Shown: positions 30,167 to 40,017 of the stretch, piece after piece | Numbering within the stretch: position 1 is the stretch's first letter | Layout: the number at the start of each line of letters is the position of its first letter | DNA from: Nitrospinaceae bacterium | Lineage (GTDB): Bacteria > Nitrospinota > Nitrospinia > Nitrospinales > Nitrospinaceae | NCBI GenBank assembly: GCA_965223665.1 | Contig: OZ245011.1 | Span: forward strand, 320,001 to 384,000 | Reading direction: 5' to 3' | DNA length: 64,000 nucleotides | Position numbers and translations under genes: made by a program | Notes under the pieces: generated by a model | Databases searched by the model: none | What the model saw: the letters and a program-made list of their open reading frames with translations, nothing else | What the model was told of the DNA's origin: nothing

Positions 30167-31703
30167 ATATTTCTTCATTCGACTTGGGTTATCATTTTTG
30201 TTTTTATTGACCACAGGTTACGTGGTTTTATTTTTTATCCATGAAGTGGCAATGGAAGGATTACCCGTTAATGATTTGTCCATAAAATGGATGCTTTTAT
30301 TTTTGAGCCTATTTACTGGGTTTTTTCTTTATGGAGTCTTTGGAGATTATCAATTCAAAAAAGCCATTTCTGAAGTTAAAAATATAGATTTTCGAGAAGC
30401 TGGAGAGGAAATGGTTTCTCGATTTAAAACATTATTTCGATTTACAGAGTCATCTTACTTTTTGCCAGCGAAAGGTCGCCAATTAAGAGAGGAAATCACT
30501 TTAGACTATGCCAATTTTTTAATGAATCTTGGGCGCGAAGATGAAGAAGCTCTCAATATATATTTAAAAGCTTATCTTTTAGCTCCTGATGAAGAGCAAT
30601 TTAGAAATGTTTTGGTCTCGATTTTAACAAATAAAGAAAAACTTTCGGAAAATGAGATTGATTTACTAATAATAATCTTAAAAAAAGAAAATTTTAAAGG
30701 TACTGAGATTGTTAATCACTTGGTCAGTATATTATTGGCTAAAAAATCGATTGGAACTAAAACCGAAGGAGTATATTTAAGTGCCTTAAAACAACAAAGT
30801 GACCATTCAGAAGAAATAGTGGAATTTTGGTTGCCTATTTTACTAAAACAAAACCGAGCGGATCACTTTGCGATTCAATTTTATTTAAATGCGTTTGAAA
30901 GGATAAATCCTGAATATTATAAGCATATGGTGGATTTAATTGGTGCATGCTATTTAGATAAACGATTTAAGATTATGGACCCTGAGTTGCATGATCGATG
31001 CAAGTCGTTTTTTGAAAGGCTTGAACCAGAAATTCGAGAACGAATTATTAGGTTTTTTAGAAATCAAAATATTTCTGAGCGTTGGAAGAGAGTTCGTTTG
31101 TTTCGATCGGAAGATAAGCGACTTTTAAAAACAGCTAAAACGGTTGTTGGGTTAGATGTGGGGAGTGGATCTCCGGTCAAGGATGCTTTCATTTCATTAC
31201 TGAAGGGATTGTTATTTAGTGTATTTGATGCACTGAACTGGATTGGTTCCTTAAAGTGGAAATATAAACTTTTAATAATTTTATTGGCAATTTCTTTAAT
31301 TTTGGCAGGTAAGTATTGGGTGAGTTTTGAATCCCTGTTTCCTCCGGACCCTACAACAACTCCAATTAACAAATCGCCTGAGGTTGTAAGTCCTGAAGAT
31401 GCCTTAGTGACCATTCATACCCTTCAAATTGCTGCTGTAACTTCCCAGTCTCAGGCGAATAAAATAATGCGCAAATTGAAAAAAAATAAAATTAAGGGAG
31501 TTTATCTAATTAAAACCAAACGGGAGTCGGGAGGCTTTTGGTATAAAATTAGGTTAGGGAAATTTAGCAACAAACAAAAAGCTCAACAATATGCCGCGAG
31601 CTTAATTGAACAAAAATTGATTCGCAATTATTTTATTATCTCTTTGGGTGAAACCCGTTTGTCTCAAAAAAATAATTTACCATTAGAACCTAAACAAAAA
31701 TAA
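30138..31703 (+). CDS. Membrane protein with a C-terminal SPOR domain
   Basis: TM helices, helical central region, HTLQIAA...WYKIRLGKFSNKQKA. Confidence 0.8.
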   Translation: MRNPVYQSFKYFFIRLGLSFLFLLTTGYVVLFFIHEVAMEGLPVNDLSIKWMLLFLSLFTGFFLYGVFGDYQFKKAISEVKNIDFREAGEEMVSRFKTLFRFTESSYFLPAKGRQLREEITLDYANFLMNLGREDEEALNIYLKAYLLAPDEEQFRNVLVSILTNKEKLSENEIDLLIIILKKENFKGTEIVNHLVSILLAKKSIGTKTEGVYLSALKQQSDHSEEIVEFWLPILLKQNRADHFAIQFYLNAFERINPEYYKHMVDLIGACYLDKRFKIMDPELHDRCKSFFERLEPEIRERIIRFFRNQNISERWKRVRLFRSEDKRLLKTAKTVVGLDVGSGSPVKDAFISLLKGLLFSVFDALNWIGSLKWKYKLLIILLAISLILAGKYWVSFESLFPPDPTTTPINKSPEVVSPEDALVTIHTLQIAAVTSQSQANKIMRKLKKNKIKGVYLIKTKRESGGFWYKIRLGKFSNKQKAQQYAASLIEQKLIRNYFIISLGETRLSQKNNLPLEPKQK

Positions 31704-31712
31704 TTCAATATT

Positions 31713-33044
31713 ATGAGTTTAAATTTAAATTATGAAAATGTTAAATCTCTTGTTTTAGAAGAAGAGATACAAAGCTTGCAACCTGAAGTGACTCGTTTGC
31801 ACAATGATTTAGAAAAAGGACAGGGACTGGGTAAAGAGTTTCTCGGATGGTTGCATTTGCCATCGCAAGTTTCTAAAGAATCCATAAAGGAAATAAAAGA
31901 GACAGCGATGAAAATTCAAAATGATTGCGATGTATTTATTTGTATTGGGATTGGTGGATCTTATTTAGGGGCGCAAGCAGCATACTCATTTTGTTTGCCC
32001 ACATTTTATAATCAAATTCCTTCAAGCAAAGGTAAGGCTCCTCAAGTCTATTTTGCTGGCCATAATATCAGTTCCGATTATTTGAACGATTTGTTGCAAA
32101 TTATTGAAGGCAAAGATATTTGCATTAATGTTGTTTCCAAATCAGGGACTACCACTGAGCCTGCTATTTCTTTTCGTGTTTTAAAGGAAATTGTTGAGAC
32201 AAAATATGGTTTTGAAAAGGGAAAGGAAAGAATTTTTGTGACCACGGATGGCTCCAAAGGAGCTTTGCGTTCTATGGCAGATTCAACTGGTTATAAAACA
32301 TTTGTAATTCCAGATGATGTGGGAGGACGTTATTCTGTATTGACTCCTGTGGGTCTTTTACCGATTGCAGTTTCGGGAATAGATATTGAGGAATTGTTGG
32401 AGGGCGCTAAAGAGGCCGAAGCGTTAGCTAGTAAAGAAACTTTATTTGATAGAAATCCCGCTTATCTTTACGCGGCCATACGACATTTATTATATTTACG
32501 CGGGAAGCATACAGAAGTTTTGGCTACTTTTCACCCAGCTTTACATTTTGTTGCAGAATGGTGGAAACAATTAACTGGAGAAAGTGAAGGAAAAAATTCG
32601 CATGGAATTTATCCCTCTTCGGTTCAATATACAACCGATCTTCATTCCATGGGACAGTGGATTCAAGAAGGAAACCGATTCATATTTGAAACATTTTTAT
32701 GGATTGCTAACTCTAATAATCAAATGGAAGTTCCATTATTTAAAGATGATGTGGATGGATTAAATTATTTAGCAGGAAAGTCTCTGGACTATATAAATTT
32801 AAAAGCTTATGAAGGAACGGCACAAGCACATTTAGAAGGAGGGGTTCCAAATATGACTTGGGTATTACCGGACCGTAGTCCCCATACATTGGGTCAATTG
32901 TTTTATCTTTTTCAAAGAGCAATTGCCATTTCAGGATATTTAATGCGTGTGAATCCTTTTAACCAGCCAGGAGTGGAGTTTTACAAAAAAAACATGTTTC
33001 AATTACTAGAAAAACCAGGATATTCAAAGGGAGAATCGCAATGA
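31713..33044 (+). CDS. pgi: Glucose-6-phosphate isomerase
   Basis: GIGGSYLG, SKSGTTTE, DVGGRYSVL, GESEGK, NQPGVE.YK. Confidence 0.96.
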   Translation: MSLNLNYENVKSLVLEEEIQSLQPEVTRLHNDLEKGQGLGKEFLGWLHLPSQVSKESIKEIKETAMKIQNDCDVFICIGIGGSYLGAQAAYSFCLPTFYNQIPSSKGKAPQVYFAGHNISSDYLNDLLQIIEGKDICINVVSKSGTTTEPAISFRVLKEIVETKYGFEKGKERIFVTTDGSKGALRSMADSTGYKTFVIPDDVGGRYSVLTPVGLLPIAVSGIDIEELLEGAKEAEALASKETLFDRNPAYLYAAIRHLLYLRGKHTEVLATFHPALHFVAEWWKQLTGESEGKNSHGIYPSSVQYTTDLHSMGQWIQEGNRFIFETFLWIANSNNQMEVPLFKDDVDGLNYLAGKSLDYINLKAYEGTAQAHLEGGVPNMTWVLPDRSPHTLGQLFYLFQRAIAISGYLMRVNPFNQPGVEFYKKNMFQLLEKPGYSKGESQ

Positions 33045-34285
33045 GTGCAGTGAGCAAAGATTTAGAGAGTTTAGTTCATGAAATTGCTTATCAAAAAATT
33101 AGTGACGGCCATGCGAATAAGGATTTTAAAAGCGATCCTCTATTATCTCAATTAAAAACTACAGGCACCGAACTTTGGATAGACACAGGCGATTTAGAAT
33201 TGGCTCAATCCATATGGCGGTCAGAGCTAACTGCTTTGACTACCAATAATACCCTTGCAAATCAGGTGGTGCAAAAAGGGGTTATGGACGGCGTAATTCA
33301 AGAAACTGTAAAAATATTAAAAGAATCTTCTTTAGGTTTGTCAGAATCTGATTTGGTTATGGAAATTGGATTTGTGATTAATTGTCGAATCGCTTTGCGA
33401 TTGGTTGAGGCTTTTAAGGTGAAGGTAAGCGTCGAATTGCATCCTGCGATATCTAGAGATATAGAAAAAACTTTGTATTACGGTCGCCGTTATTTTAATG
33501 TTTGTCCGGAATTTTTTATTGTAAAAGTTCCTCTTACACCAGAAGGTTATTTATCCGTAAGAAAATTAAGGCAGGAAAAAATTCCTATTAATTTTACTTT
33601 GGGTTTTTCCGCTCGACAAAATTACCTGGCAGCTTGTCTGTCAAATCCTAATTTTGTTAATGTGTTCTTAGGAAGATTAAATGCTGTGGTTGGAGATAAT
33701 TCTTTTGGAGATGGAAAATTCGTAGGCGAGAAAGTGACATTAGAAACGCAAAAAGCGATATTGGAGGCCCGTTCCCAACATTCCTCCATCACGCGTTTAA
33801 TTGCAGCAAGTATTCGCAATGGGGATCAACTTGCCTCTTTAGCAGGGGTTGATGTCCATACTATTCCACCTGCGGCTATGAAAGAATTTCAGGAATCTGG
33901 GAGAACGGCTGATCAAATCCAAAATAATCTCCAGGCAGATTTAAATCCTAAATTTGAGGATCACCCCTGGAGTTCAAAGGTAAAAGATTTATGGACATTG
34001 GATTCGGGCTTTAAATTAATTGTTGAAGAATTGATTCAACGGACTGATTTGGATTCTATGACTGGTGAGGATTTAGTGAAATTTTTTGAGGATCGGAATT
34101 TTGACTTGTTTTATAGGTTTTCTAAAGAAGAATTAAAAACTATTTTTGAACACGGGAAAATTCCTCAACTTAGTCATTGGCCAGATAGGGTTGCCTTGGA
34201 TGATTTAATGACCCATTCAGCACTACAATCATTCACCAAAGATCAGAATTCCTTAGATGATCGAATTCGCTCCTTTCTAAAATAA
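33041..34285 (+). CDS. tal: Transaldolase family protein, long form
   Basis: LWIDT, TTNN, VSVE, IVKVP (Schiff-base Lys), INFTLGFS, FLGRL. Confidence 0.85.
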   Translation: MSAVSKDLESLVHEIAYQKISDGHANKDFKSDPLLSQLKTTGTELWIDTGDLELAQSIWRSELTALTTNNTLANQVVQKGVMDGVIQETVKILKESSLGLSESDLVMEIGFVINCRIALRLVEAFKVKVSVELHPAISRDIEKTLYYGRRYFNVCPEFFIVKVPLTPEGYLSVRKLRQEKIPINFTLGFSARQNYLAACLSNPNFVNVFLGRLNAVVGDNSFGDGKFVGEKVTLETQKAILEARSQHSSITRLIAASIRNGDQLASLAGVDVHTIPPAAMKEFQESGRTADQIQNNLQADLNPKFEDHPWSSKVKDLWTLDSGFKLIVEELIQRTDLDSMTGEDLVKFFEDRNFDLFYRFSKEELKTIFEHGKIPQLSHWPDRVALDDLMTHSALQSFTKDQNSLDDRIRSFLK

Positions 34286-34287
34286 AT

Positions 34288-35280
34288 ATGATTTTGGCTG
34301 GGGATATTGGTGGAACCAAAACCAATTTAGCTCTATTCACAGTTTCCTCTGGAGAATTATCGTTAAAAATAATTCGTACATATAAAAGCTCCGAATTTTC
34401 TGATTTCTTTTCCTTACTAGAAAAGTTTCTAAAAGAAATTCCACAAAAATTAACAAAAGTCTGCTTGGGAATAGCGGGACCAGTAATAAATGGAAGATGT
34501 CAGGTAACCTATCTGCCTTGGGTTATCGATCAAAAAGAGCTACAAGAAAAATTAGGAATTAGCTCGGTGATATTAATTAATGATTTAGCAGCAATGGCAG
34601 GGGCAATTCCTTTTCTTTCCTCAACAAAATTAGAAACCATTCATTCAGGTAAAGAAATTTCCAAAGGTAAAATTGGTGTATTAGCGGCTGGGACTGGCTT
34701 GGGCCAGGCTTTTTTGATTCCCGACCCAAGAGGTAGTTATCTAGTTTTAGAAACAGAAGGAGGGCAATGTGATTTTCCTGCTCGTTCTTCAACTGAAATT
34801 GAGTTATTGACCTTGATTAAACAACTTTTTGGACGGGTAAAAATTGAACATATATTGTCAGGGGCTGGACTAATCCGAATTTATGAATTTATAAAAGAAA
34901 AAGGTGGAGAAAAAGAGATTTCCTGGTTAAAAGAGGAATTTAGAAGATTAGGAAAAGTTGAAGCAATTTGTGAATTTGGTTTATCAAAAAAAGAAATCAA
35001 TTGTTTTAAAGCCCTGGAATTATTTTCTCAAATTTATGGTGCAATCGCCGGTAATTTAGCTCTTCAGTTAGTGGCAAGAAAGGGGATTTATATTGGAGGT
35101 GGGATTGCCCCTAAAATCTTACCGTTCTTAAAATCCTCTCTTTTTGTGGATTCTTTTTTGGATAAAGGAGAATTTAAGGACTTTATGAAAGAGATTCCTG
35201 TAAAAGTTATTATGGATATTCAGGCCCCTTTGTGGGGTGCAGCATATTTTGCCTTGGGTGAAAAGGTTTATCAGTGGTAA
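34288..35280 (+). CDS. glk: Glucokinase
   Basis: LAGDIGGTKT, LIND, AGTGLG, EGG, GIYIGGGIAPKI. Confidence 0.93.
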   Translation: MILAGDIGGTKTNLALFTVSSGELSLKIIRTYKSSEFSDFFSLLEKFLKEIPQKLTKVCLGIAGPVINGRCQVTYLPWVIDQKELQEKLGISSVILINDLAAMAGAIPFLSSTKLETIHSGKEISKGKIGVLAAGTGLGQAFLIPDPRGSYLVLETEGGQCDFPARSSTEIELLTLIKQLFGRVKIEHILSGAGLIRIYEFIKEKGGEKEISWLKEEFRRLGKVEAICEFGLSKKEINCFKALELFSQIYGAIAGNLALQLVARKGIYIGGGIAPKILPFLKSSLFVDSFLDKGEFKDFMKEIPVKVIMDIQAPLWGAAYFALGEKVYQW

Positions 35281-35332
35281 AGTATCCCTTCCAAAAACCA
35301 TTCCGTTAATTTTTTAGATTATTGAAGGAACC

Positions 35333-36541
35333 ATGAAAACAAAACTGAATAAAATTGTGTTGGCCTATTCTGGAGGATTGGATACCTCTGTAATTATGAA
35401 ATGGCTGGAGGAGAAATATGAGGCTGAAATAATTGCTTACTGCGCTGATATTGGACAAGGGGAAGAATTGGAACCTGTAAGGGAGAAGGCCTTGGCTACC
35501 GGGGCCAAAAAAGTATTTATTGAGGATTTGAGGGAAGAATTTGTAAAAGATTTCGTATTTCCCATGTTGCGGGCAAACGCTTTTTATGAAAACAATTATT
35601 TATTGGGAACTTCTATAGCTAGACCCTTAATTGCAAAAGAACAAATCAGAATAGCGCAACAGGAGGGTGCCGAAGGAGTTTCGCATGGAGCAACCGGTAA
35701 AGGAAATGACCAGGTTCGATTTGAGTTAACTTATATGACTCTCCAACCGGATATTACAATTATTGCCCCTTGGAGAGAGTGGGATCTAGATTCTCGTAGT
35801 AGTTTGATTGATTATGCGAAAAAACATGGGATTCCAGTACCTGTTACTAAATCCAAACCTTACAGTATGGATAGAAATATGTTCCATATAAGCTACGAGG
35901 GAGGGGAGTTAGAAGACCCTTGGTTTGAGCCCGATGAATCTATGTTCCTATTAAGTGTTTCCCCTGAAAAAGCCCCTGATAGTCCAACAGTACTTGAAAT
36001 CAGCTACGAAAGCGGCGATCCTGTAGCTATTAATGGCGAAAAAATGAGCCCAGCGAAATTGTTATCGCAACTTAATGAATTTGGCGGAAAAAATGGTATT
36101 GGGCGAGTTGATATTGTTGAAAACAGGTTTGTTGGAATGAAATCCCGTGGAGTTTACGAGACTCCAGGTGGAACTATTTTACATGTAGCCCACCGAGCTC
36201 TTGAAACTCTGGTTGTGGATCGAGAAGTAATGTTTTTACGAGATTCAATGATTCCCTCTTATGCTCGTATGATTTACAACGGTATGTGGTATTCACCTGA
36301 AAGAACTTTACTTCAAAATTTAATGGATGGTGTTCAACAGCACGTTTCGGGAGTGGTTCGGTTAAAATTATATAAAGGAAATACGATAGTTACTGGCTGT
36401 AAGGCAAATAAGCCGTTATACTGTAAAGACACTGCATCCTTTGAAAAAGATGATTCTTACCGTCAAAATGATGCGGAGGGTTTTATACGGCTCCAAGCAT
36501 TACGATTGAAATTATATTCGCAAACATTTGGTAATAGTTAA
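35333..36541 (+). CDS. argG: Argininosuccinate synthase
   Basis: [34 protein letters not shown]. Confidence 0.98.
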   Translation: MKTKLNKIVLAYSGGLDTSVIMKWLEEKYEAEIIAYCADIGQGEELEPVREKALATGAKKVFIEDLREEFVKDFVFPMLRANAFYENNYLLGTSIARPLIAKEQIRIAQQEGAEGVSHGATGKGNDQVRFELTYMTLQPDITIIAPWREWDLDSRSSLIDYAKKHGIPVPVTKSKPYSMDRNMFHISYEGGELEDPWFEPDESMFLLSVSPEKAPDSPTVLEISYESGDPVAINGEKMSPAKLLSQLNEFGGKNGIGRVDIVENRFVGMKSRGVYETPGGTILHVAHRALETLVVDREVMFLRDSMIPSYARMIYNGMWYSPERTLLQNLMDGVQQHVSGVVRLKLYKGNTIVTGCKANKPLYCKDTASFEKDDSYRQNDAEGFIRLQALRLKLYSQTFGNS

Positions 36542-36555
36542 AAGTATTTATTTTT

Positions 36556-37950
36556 ATGAGTAATATTCTAGTTGTTGATAACGAAAAAAGTATGCGCGAT
36601 TTGTTATCAATTGTTTTGGCAAAAAGTGGACATGAAATTCATACTGCTAGAAACGGTATCGATGCAGTAAAAATGATTGAAGACCAGGAATTTGATGTAG
36701 TCCTTACAGATATTAATATGCCGCGGTCAAATGGAATTGATGTATTGGATGCAGTGAATCGCCTTTACCCAGAAACTCCGGTCATAATGATGACAGCCTA
36801 TGCCTCTGCTGAGACCGCTGTCGAAACCATGAAAAAGGGGGCCTACGATTATATTGCCAAGCCATTTAAGATTGAAGACCTACAGTTAATAATCAAAAAT
36901 GCCACAGAGAAGAAAAAACTGTCCTCAGAAAACGTTTATCTAAAGTCGGCTCTAAATGACAAGTATAAATTTGCTAATATTATTGGTAAAAGTGAAGGAA
37001 TGCGAAAGGTATTTGACTACATTCACAAAGTAGCGAGTAGTAATGCTACCGTTCTTATTGATGGAGACAGTGGAACCGGTAAGGAATTAGTTGCTAGAGC
37101 TTTACATTTTAATGGCGCTCGAAAAAACTATCCTTTTATTTCTATCAATTGTGGAGCCATGCCAGAGAATCTCCTTGAAAGTGAATTATTTGGACATGAA
37201 AAAGGGGCATTTACCAGTGCAGATACAGTAAAAGAAGGATTAATGGAGGCAGCTAATAAAGGGACTTTTTTTCTGGATGAAATTGGGGAAGCACCTTTGT
37301 CAATTCAGGTAAAACTATTGCGTGTTTTGCAGGAAAAAGAATTTACGCGGGTTGGGGGGACTAAACCCATCAAGGCGGACCTAAGAATAATTGCAGCTAC
37401 GAATAGAGATTTAGTTCAAAGTGTTAAAGAAAAAGAATTTCGTGAGGATCTTTATTATAGATTAAAGGTCATCAACATACGTATTCCCTCCCTCAGACAG
37501 CGAAAAGAGGATATTCCACTTCTAATTCAACATTTTATTGATAAGTATAACAAAGAGCATGGTCAGGAAAAAAGAATTCAAGGAGTAAACCCTGAGGCTA
37601 TGAGTCTATTAGAAAATTATGACTGGCCCGGAAACGTTCGTGAACTTGAGAATACAATAGAAAGAGCGGTGGTTCTGGAAACCAACGATAAAATTGGGAT
37701 TTCAAGCCTTCCAGAAGAAATTCTTGGAACCCCGATGAAAACAGAAAATATGATACCTAATTTTGCTGAAGAACCTATTGACTTAGAAAAAACTTTAGAT
37801 AGTATTGAAAAGAAAATTTTACTAGGTGCTTTAAATAAAACGGATGGTATGATGAACAAGGCGGCGAAATTACTTAATTTAAGTTTTCGTTCTATGAGAT
37901 ACCGAGTAAAAAAGCATAATCTTAAGGGGAACGCCGAATTGCAGGAATAA
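36556..37950 (+). CDS. Sigma-54-dependent response regulator (NtrC/PilR-like)
   Basis: REC (VDN, TDINMP), AAA+ [22 protein letters not shown], Fis [14 protein letters not shown] (PilR-like). Confidence 0.92.
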   Translation: MSNILVVDNEKSMRDLLSIVLAKSGHEIHTARNGIDAVKMIEDQEFDVVLTDINMPRSNGIDVLDAVNRLYPETPVIMMTAYASAETAVETMKKGAYDYIAKPFKIEDLQLIIKNATEKKKLSSENVYLKSALNDKYKFANIIGKSEGMRKVFDYIHKVASSNATVLIDGDSGTGKELVARALHFNGARKNYPFISINCGAMPENLLESELFGHEKGAFTSADTVKEGLMEAANKGTFFLDEIGEAPLSIQVKLLRVLQEKEFTRVGGTKPIKADLRIIAATNRDLVQSVKEKEFREDLYYRLKVINIRIPSLRQRKEDIPLLIQHFIDKYNKEHGQEKRIQGVNPEAMSLLENYDWPGNVRELENTIERAVVLETNDKIGISSLPEEILGTPMKTENMIPNFAEEPIDLEKTLDSIEKKILLGALNKTDGMMNKAAKLLNLSFRSMRYRVKKHNLKGNAELQE

Positions 37951-38001
37951 TTCATTCTGAACTATTCTCAAAGAATAATCTTCAATTTCTTTCCTTGTGC
38001 C

Positions 38002-40017
38002 ATGCTGCACTATTTAAAAACAATCACTATAATTTTACTTTTAAATTTATTGCCTTCGAATGGTTTTTCGCAAGGGTTTTTCGAGACAAGTGATGAAATC
38101 GTTTTGTTTCAACGTGCTGAAACTTTCTTCCATGAAGAAAAATTCTTAGAATCTAGACAAATATATGAGAAATTCATTCAAAAATATCCTCAAAGTCTTC
38201 GTTATCCAAAATCAATATTTAGATTAGGACAAATTGATTTTAAAAATAAGTCTTACTTAACGGCTCTTCGATCTTTTGAACTTTTTTCAGAGAATTACTC
38301 AAGTTCCAGTTGGATTTACCATGCGAAGCTTAAAATTGCTCAGTGTTATTTTTGGCTTGAGCGATATCAAGAGGCGAAACCTCTTTTACGCGAAGCATTG
38401 AAAGCCAATCCTGATATAGGACAAAAATGGCAAGCACAAACTTATTTAGGAATGATAGCCGATAAAAAAGAAAATTATAATCGTGCCATCGATCTCATGA
38501 AAAAGGTTGTGGCGGAATCCTCTAATGCTACTTTTAAAAGTATAGCGGAAAAAAATATCGAAGTTATAGTCAATCAAAAACTAAATAAGGAACAACTAAT
38601 AGCGCTGATTGAAAAAAGTGATACCGAATATCCAGCAGACCTTGCCTTAACCCGTTTGATCTCAATCTATAGATCGAATCGAAATTTATTTCAATTTGAC
38701 TCCGCGATCAAGACCTTTATTGAAAAATTCCCTAACCATAATTTAACACCTGATTATGAAAAAATTTTGGCAAATCAAAAAATAGATGAAAACCGGAGGG
38801 AACTAAAAATTGGTGTGGTATTACCCTTGTCTGGTAACCGGGCTTTGGTGGGTCAGCAGGTGTTGCAGGGTATTCAATTAGCTTTTAATAATTTATCTCT
38901 ACAAGAAAGAAGCCGGTTTGCGCTAAAAGTAAAAGACTCAGGTTTGGGGCAATCGGTTCAAAAAATTGTGGAAGAACTTTCTCAGGATCCCAATGTGGTT
39001 GGAATCATTGGGCCTGTCTTTAGTGAAGATATCCTAAATATTGTCTCAATTATTGAAAAGTATAAATTACCCATTTTTTCTCCTACAGCTTCTACTTCAG
39101 GTTTGGCAGATCTTAGTCCATTTGTTTTTAGAAATGCCCTTACTAAAGAAGTGCAAGCTACGTTTTTAGCGCGCCATGCTGTAAATGATTTGGGTCTCCA
39201 TCGCTTTATGGTTGTTTATCCTGAAACTTCTTATGGAGAAACAATGAAAGAAGTTTTTGTAAAAGAAGTAACGGGGCTGGGAGGTCATGTTGTCGATGCG
39301 CTTTCTTATAAAAGAAGTCAAAATGATTTTAAGAAATTAATTTTTCATATTGGAGGAGCTTCCGATCAACAGTTGAAATCTAAAGCTATGAGATATTTAC
39401 GTAGTGGAAGAACGCCGCCCGAATTAAATGATAAAGGAAATATTTCGCGTCCTGCAATTGATAGTGGATTGTTTTCGGGGAATGAAGTTGAAGGATTAAA
39501 TGTAAGCCTGGAGTTAAACTACGATTCAATTTTTATTCCCGGATATTATGATAAGATTTCTCTCCTGGCTCCCCAATTGGTTTTTTATAATATTGAAAAT
39601 GTCCTTTTATTGGGTGGCAATGGTTGGAATTCTCAAGAATTAATTGATAATGCGAGAAACTATTTAAAATCCGTTTTGTTTGTGGATGGATTTTTTGCAG
39701 AATCCTCACAGCCTGAGACTCAGGATTTTGTGGAAAAATATGAAACTAATTTTGGGGAAAGACCTTCAGTTTTAGCTGCTCAAGCCTTTGACACTTCAAA
39801 TATTTTTATTAAACTTTTGAAGGAAGGGGCAGACAGTAGAATAAAGATTAAATCGGGACTTGAAACTATTAGAAATTTTTCAGGGGTAACGGGTAATACT
39901 TCAATAAAAAATAATGGAGACTCAGAAAAGTCTTTAGTTCGTTTGACAGTCCAGGATGGAGAAATAATGGTACTAGATGAAGATGATACTAATGCCTTAG
40001 GAAACTCTGAGTTCTAG
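38002..40017 (+). CDS. TPR plus periplasmic-binding-fold protein, LpoA-like penicillin-binding protein activator
   Basis: N-terminal TPRs, KIGVVLPLSG..A..GQ.VLQG, IIGP, FSGVTG. Converges on a PBP1A gene. Confidence 0.75.
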   Translation: MLHYLKTITIILLLNLLPSNGFSQGFFETSDEIVLFQRAETFFHEEKFLESRQIYEKFIQKYPQSLRYPKSIFRLGQIDFKNKSYLTALRSFELFSENYSSSSWIYHAKLKIAQCYFWLERYQEAKPLLREALKANPDIGQKWQAQTYLGMIADKKENYNRAIDLMKKVVAESSNATFKSIAEKNIEVIVNQKLNKEQLIALIEKSDTEYPADLALTRLISIYRSNRNLFQFDSAIKTFIEKFPNHNLTPDYEKILANQKIDENRRELKIGVVLPLSGNRALVGQQVLQGIQLAFNNLSLQERSRFALKVKDSGLGQSVQKIVEELSQDPNVVGIIGPVFSEDILNIVSIIEKYKLPIFSPTASTSGLADLSPFVFRNALTKEVQATFLARHAVNDLGLHRFMVVYPETSYGETMKEVFVKEVTGLGGHVVDALSYKRSQNDFKKLIFHIGGASDQQLKSKAMRYLRSGRTPPELNDKGNISRPAIDSGLFSGNEVEGLNVSLELNYDSIFIPGYYDKISLLAPQLVFYNIENVLLLGGNGWNSQELIDNARNYLKSVLFVDGFFAESSQPETQDFVEKYETNFGERPSVLAAQAFDTSNIFIKLLKEGADSRIKIKSGLETIRNFSGVTGNTSIKNNGDSEKSLVRLTVQDGEIMVLDEDDTNALGNSEF

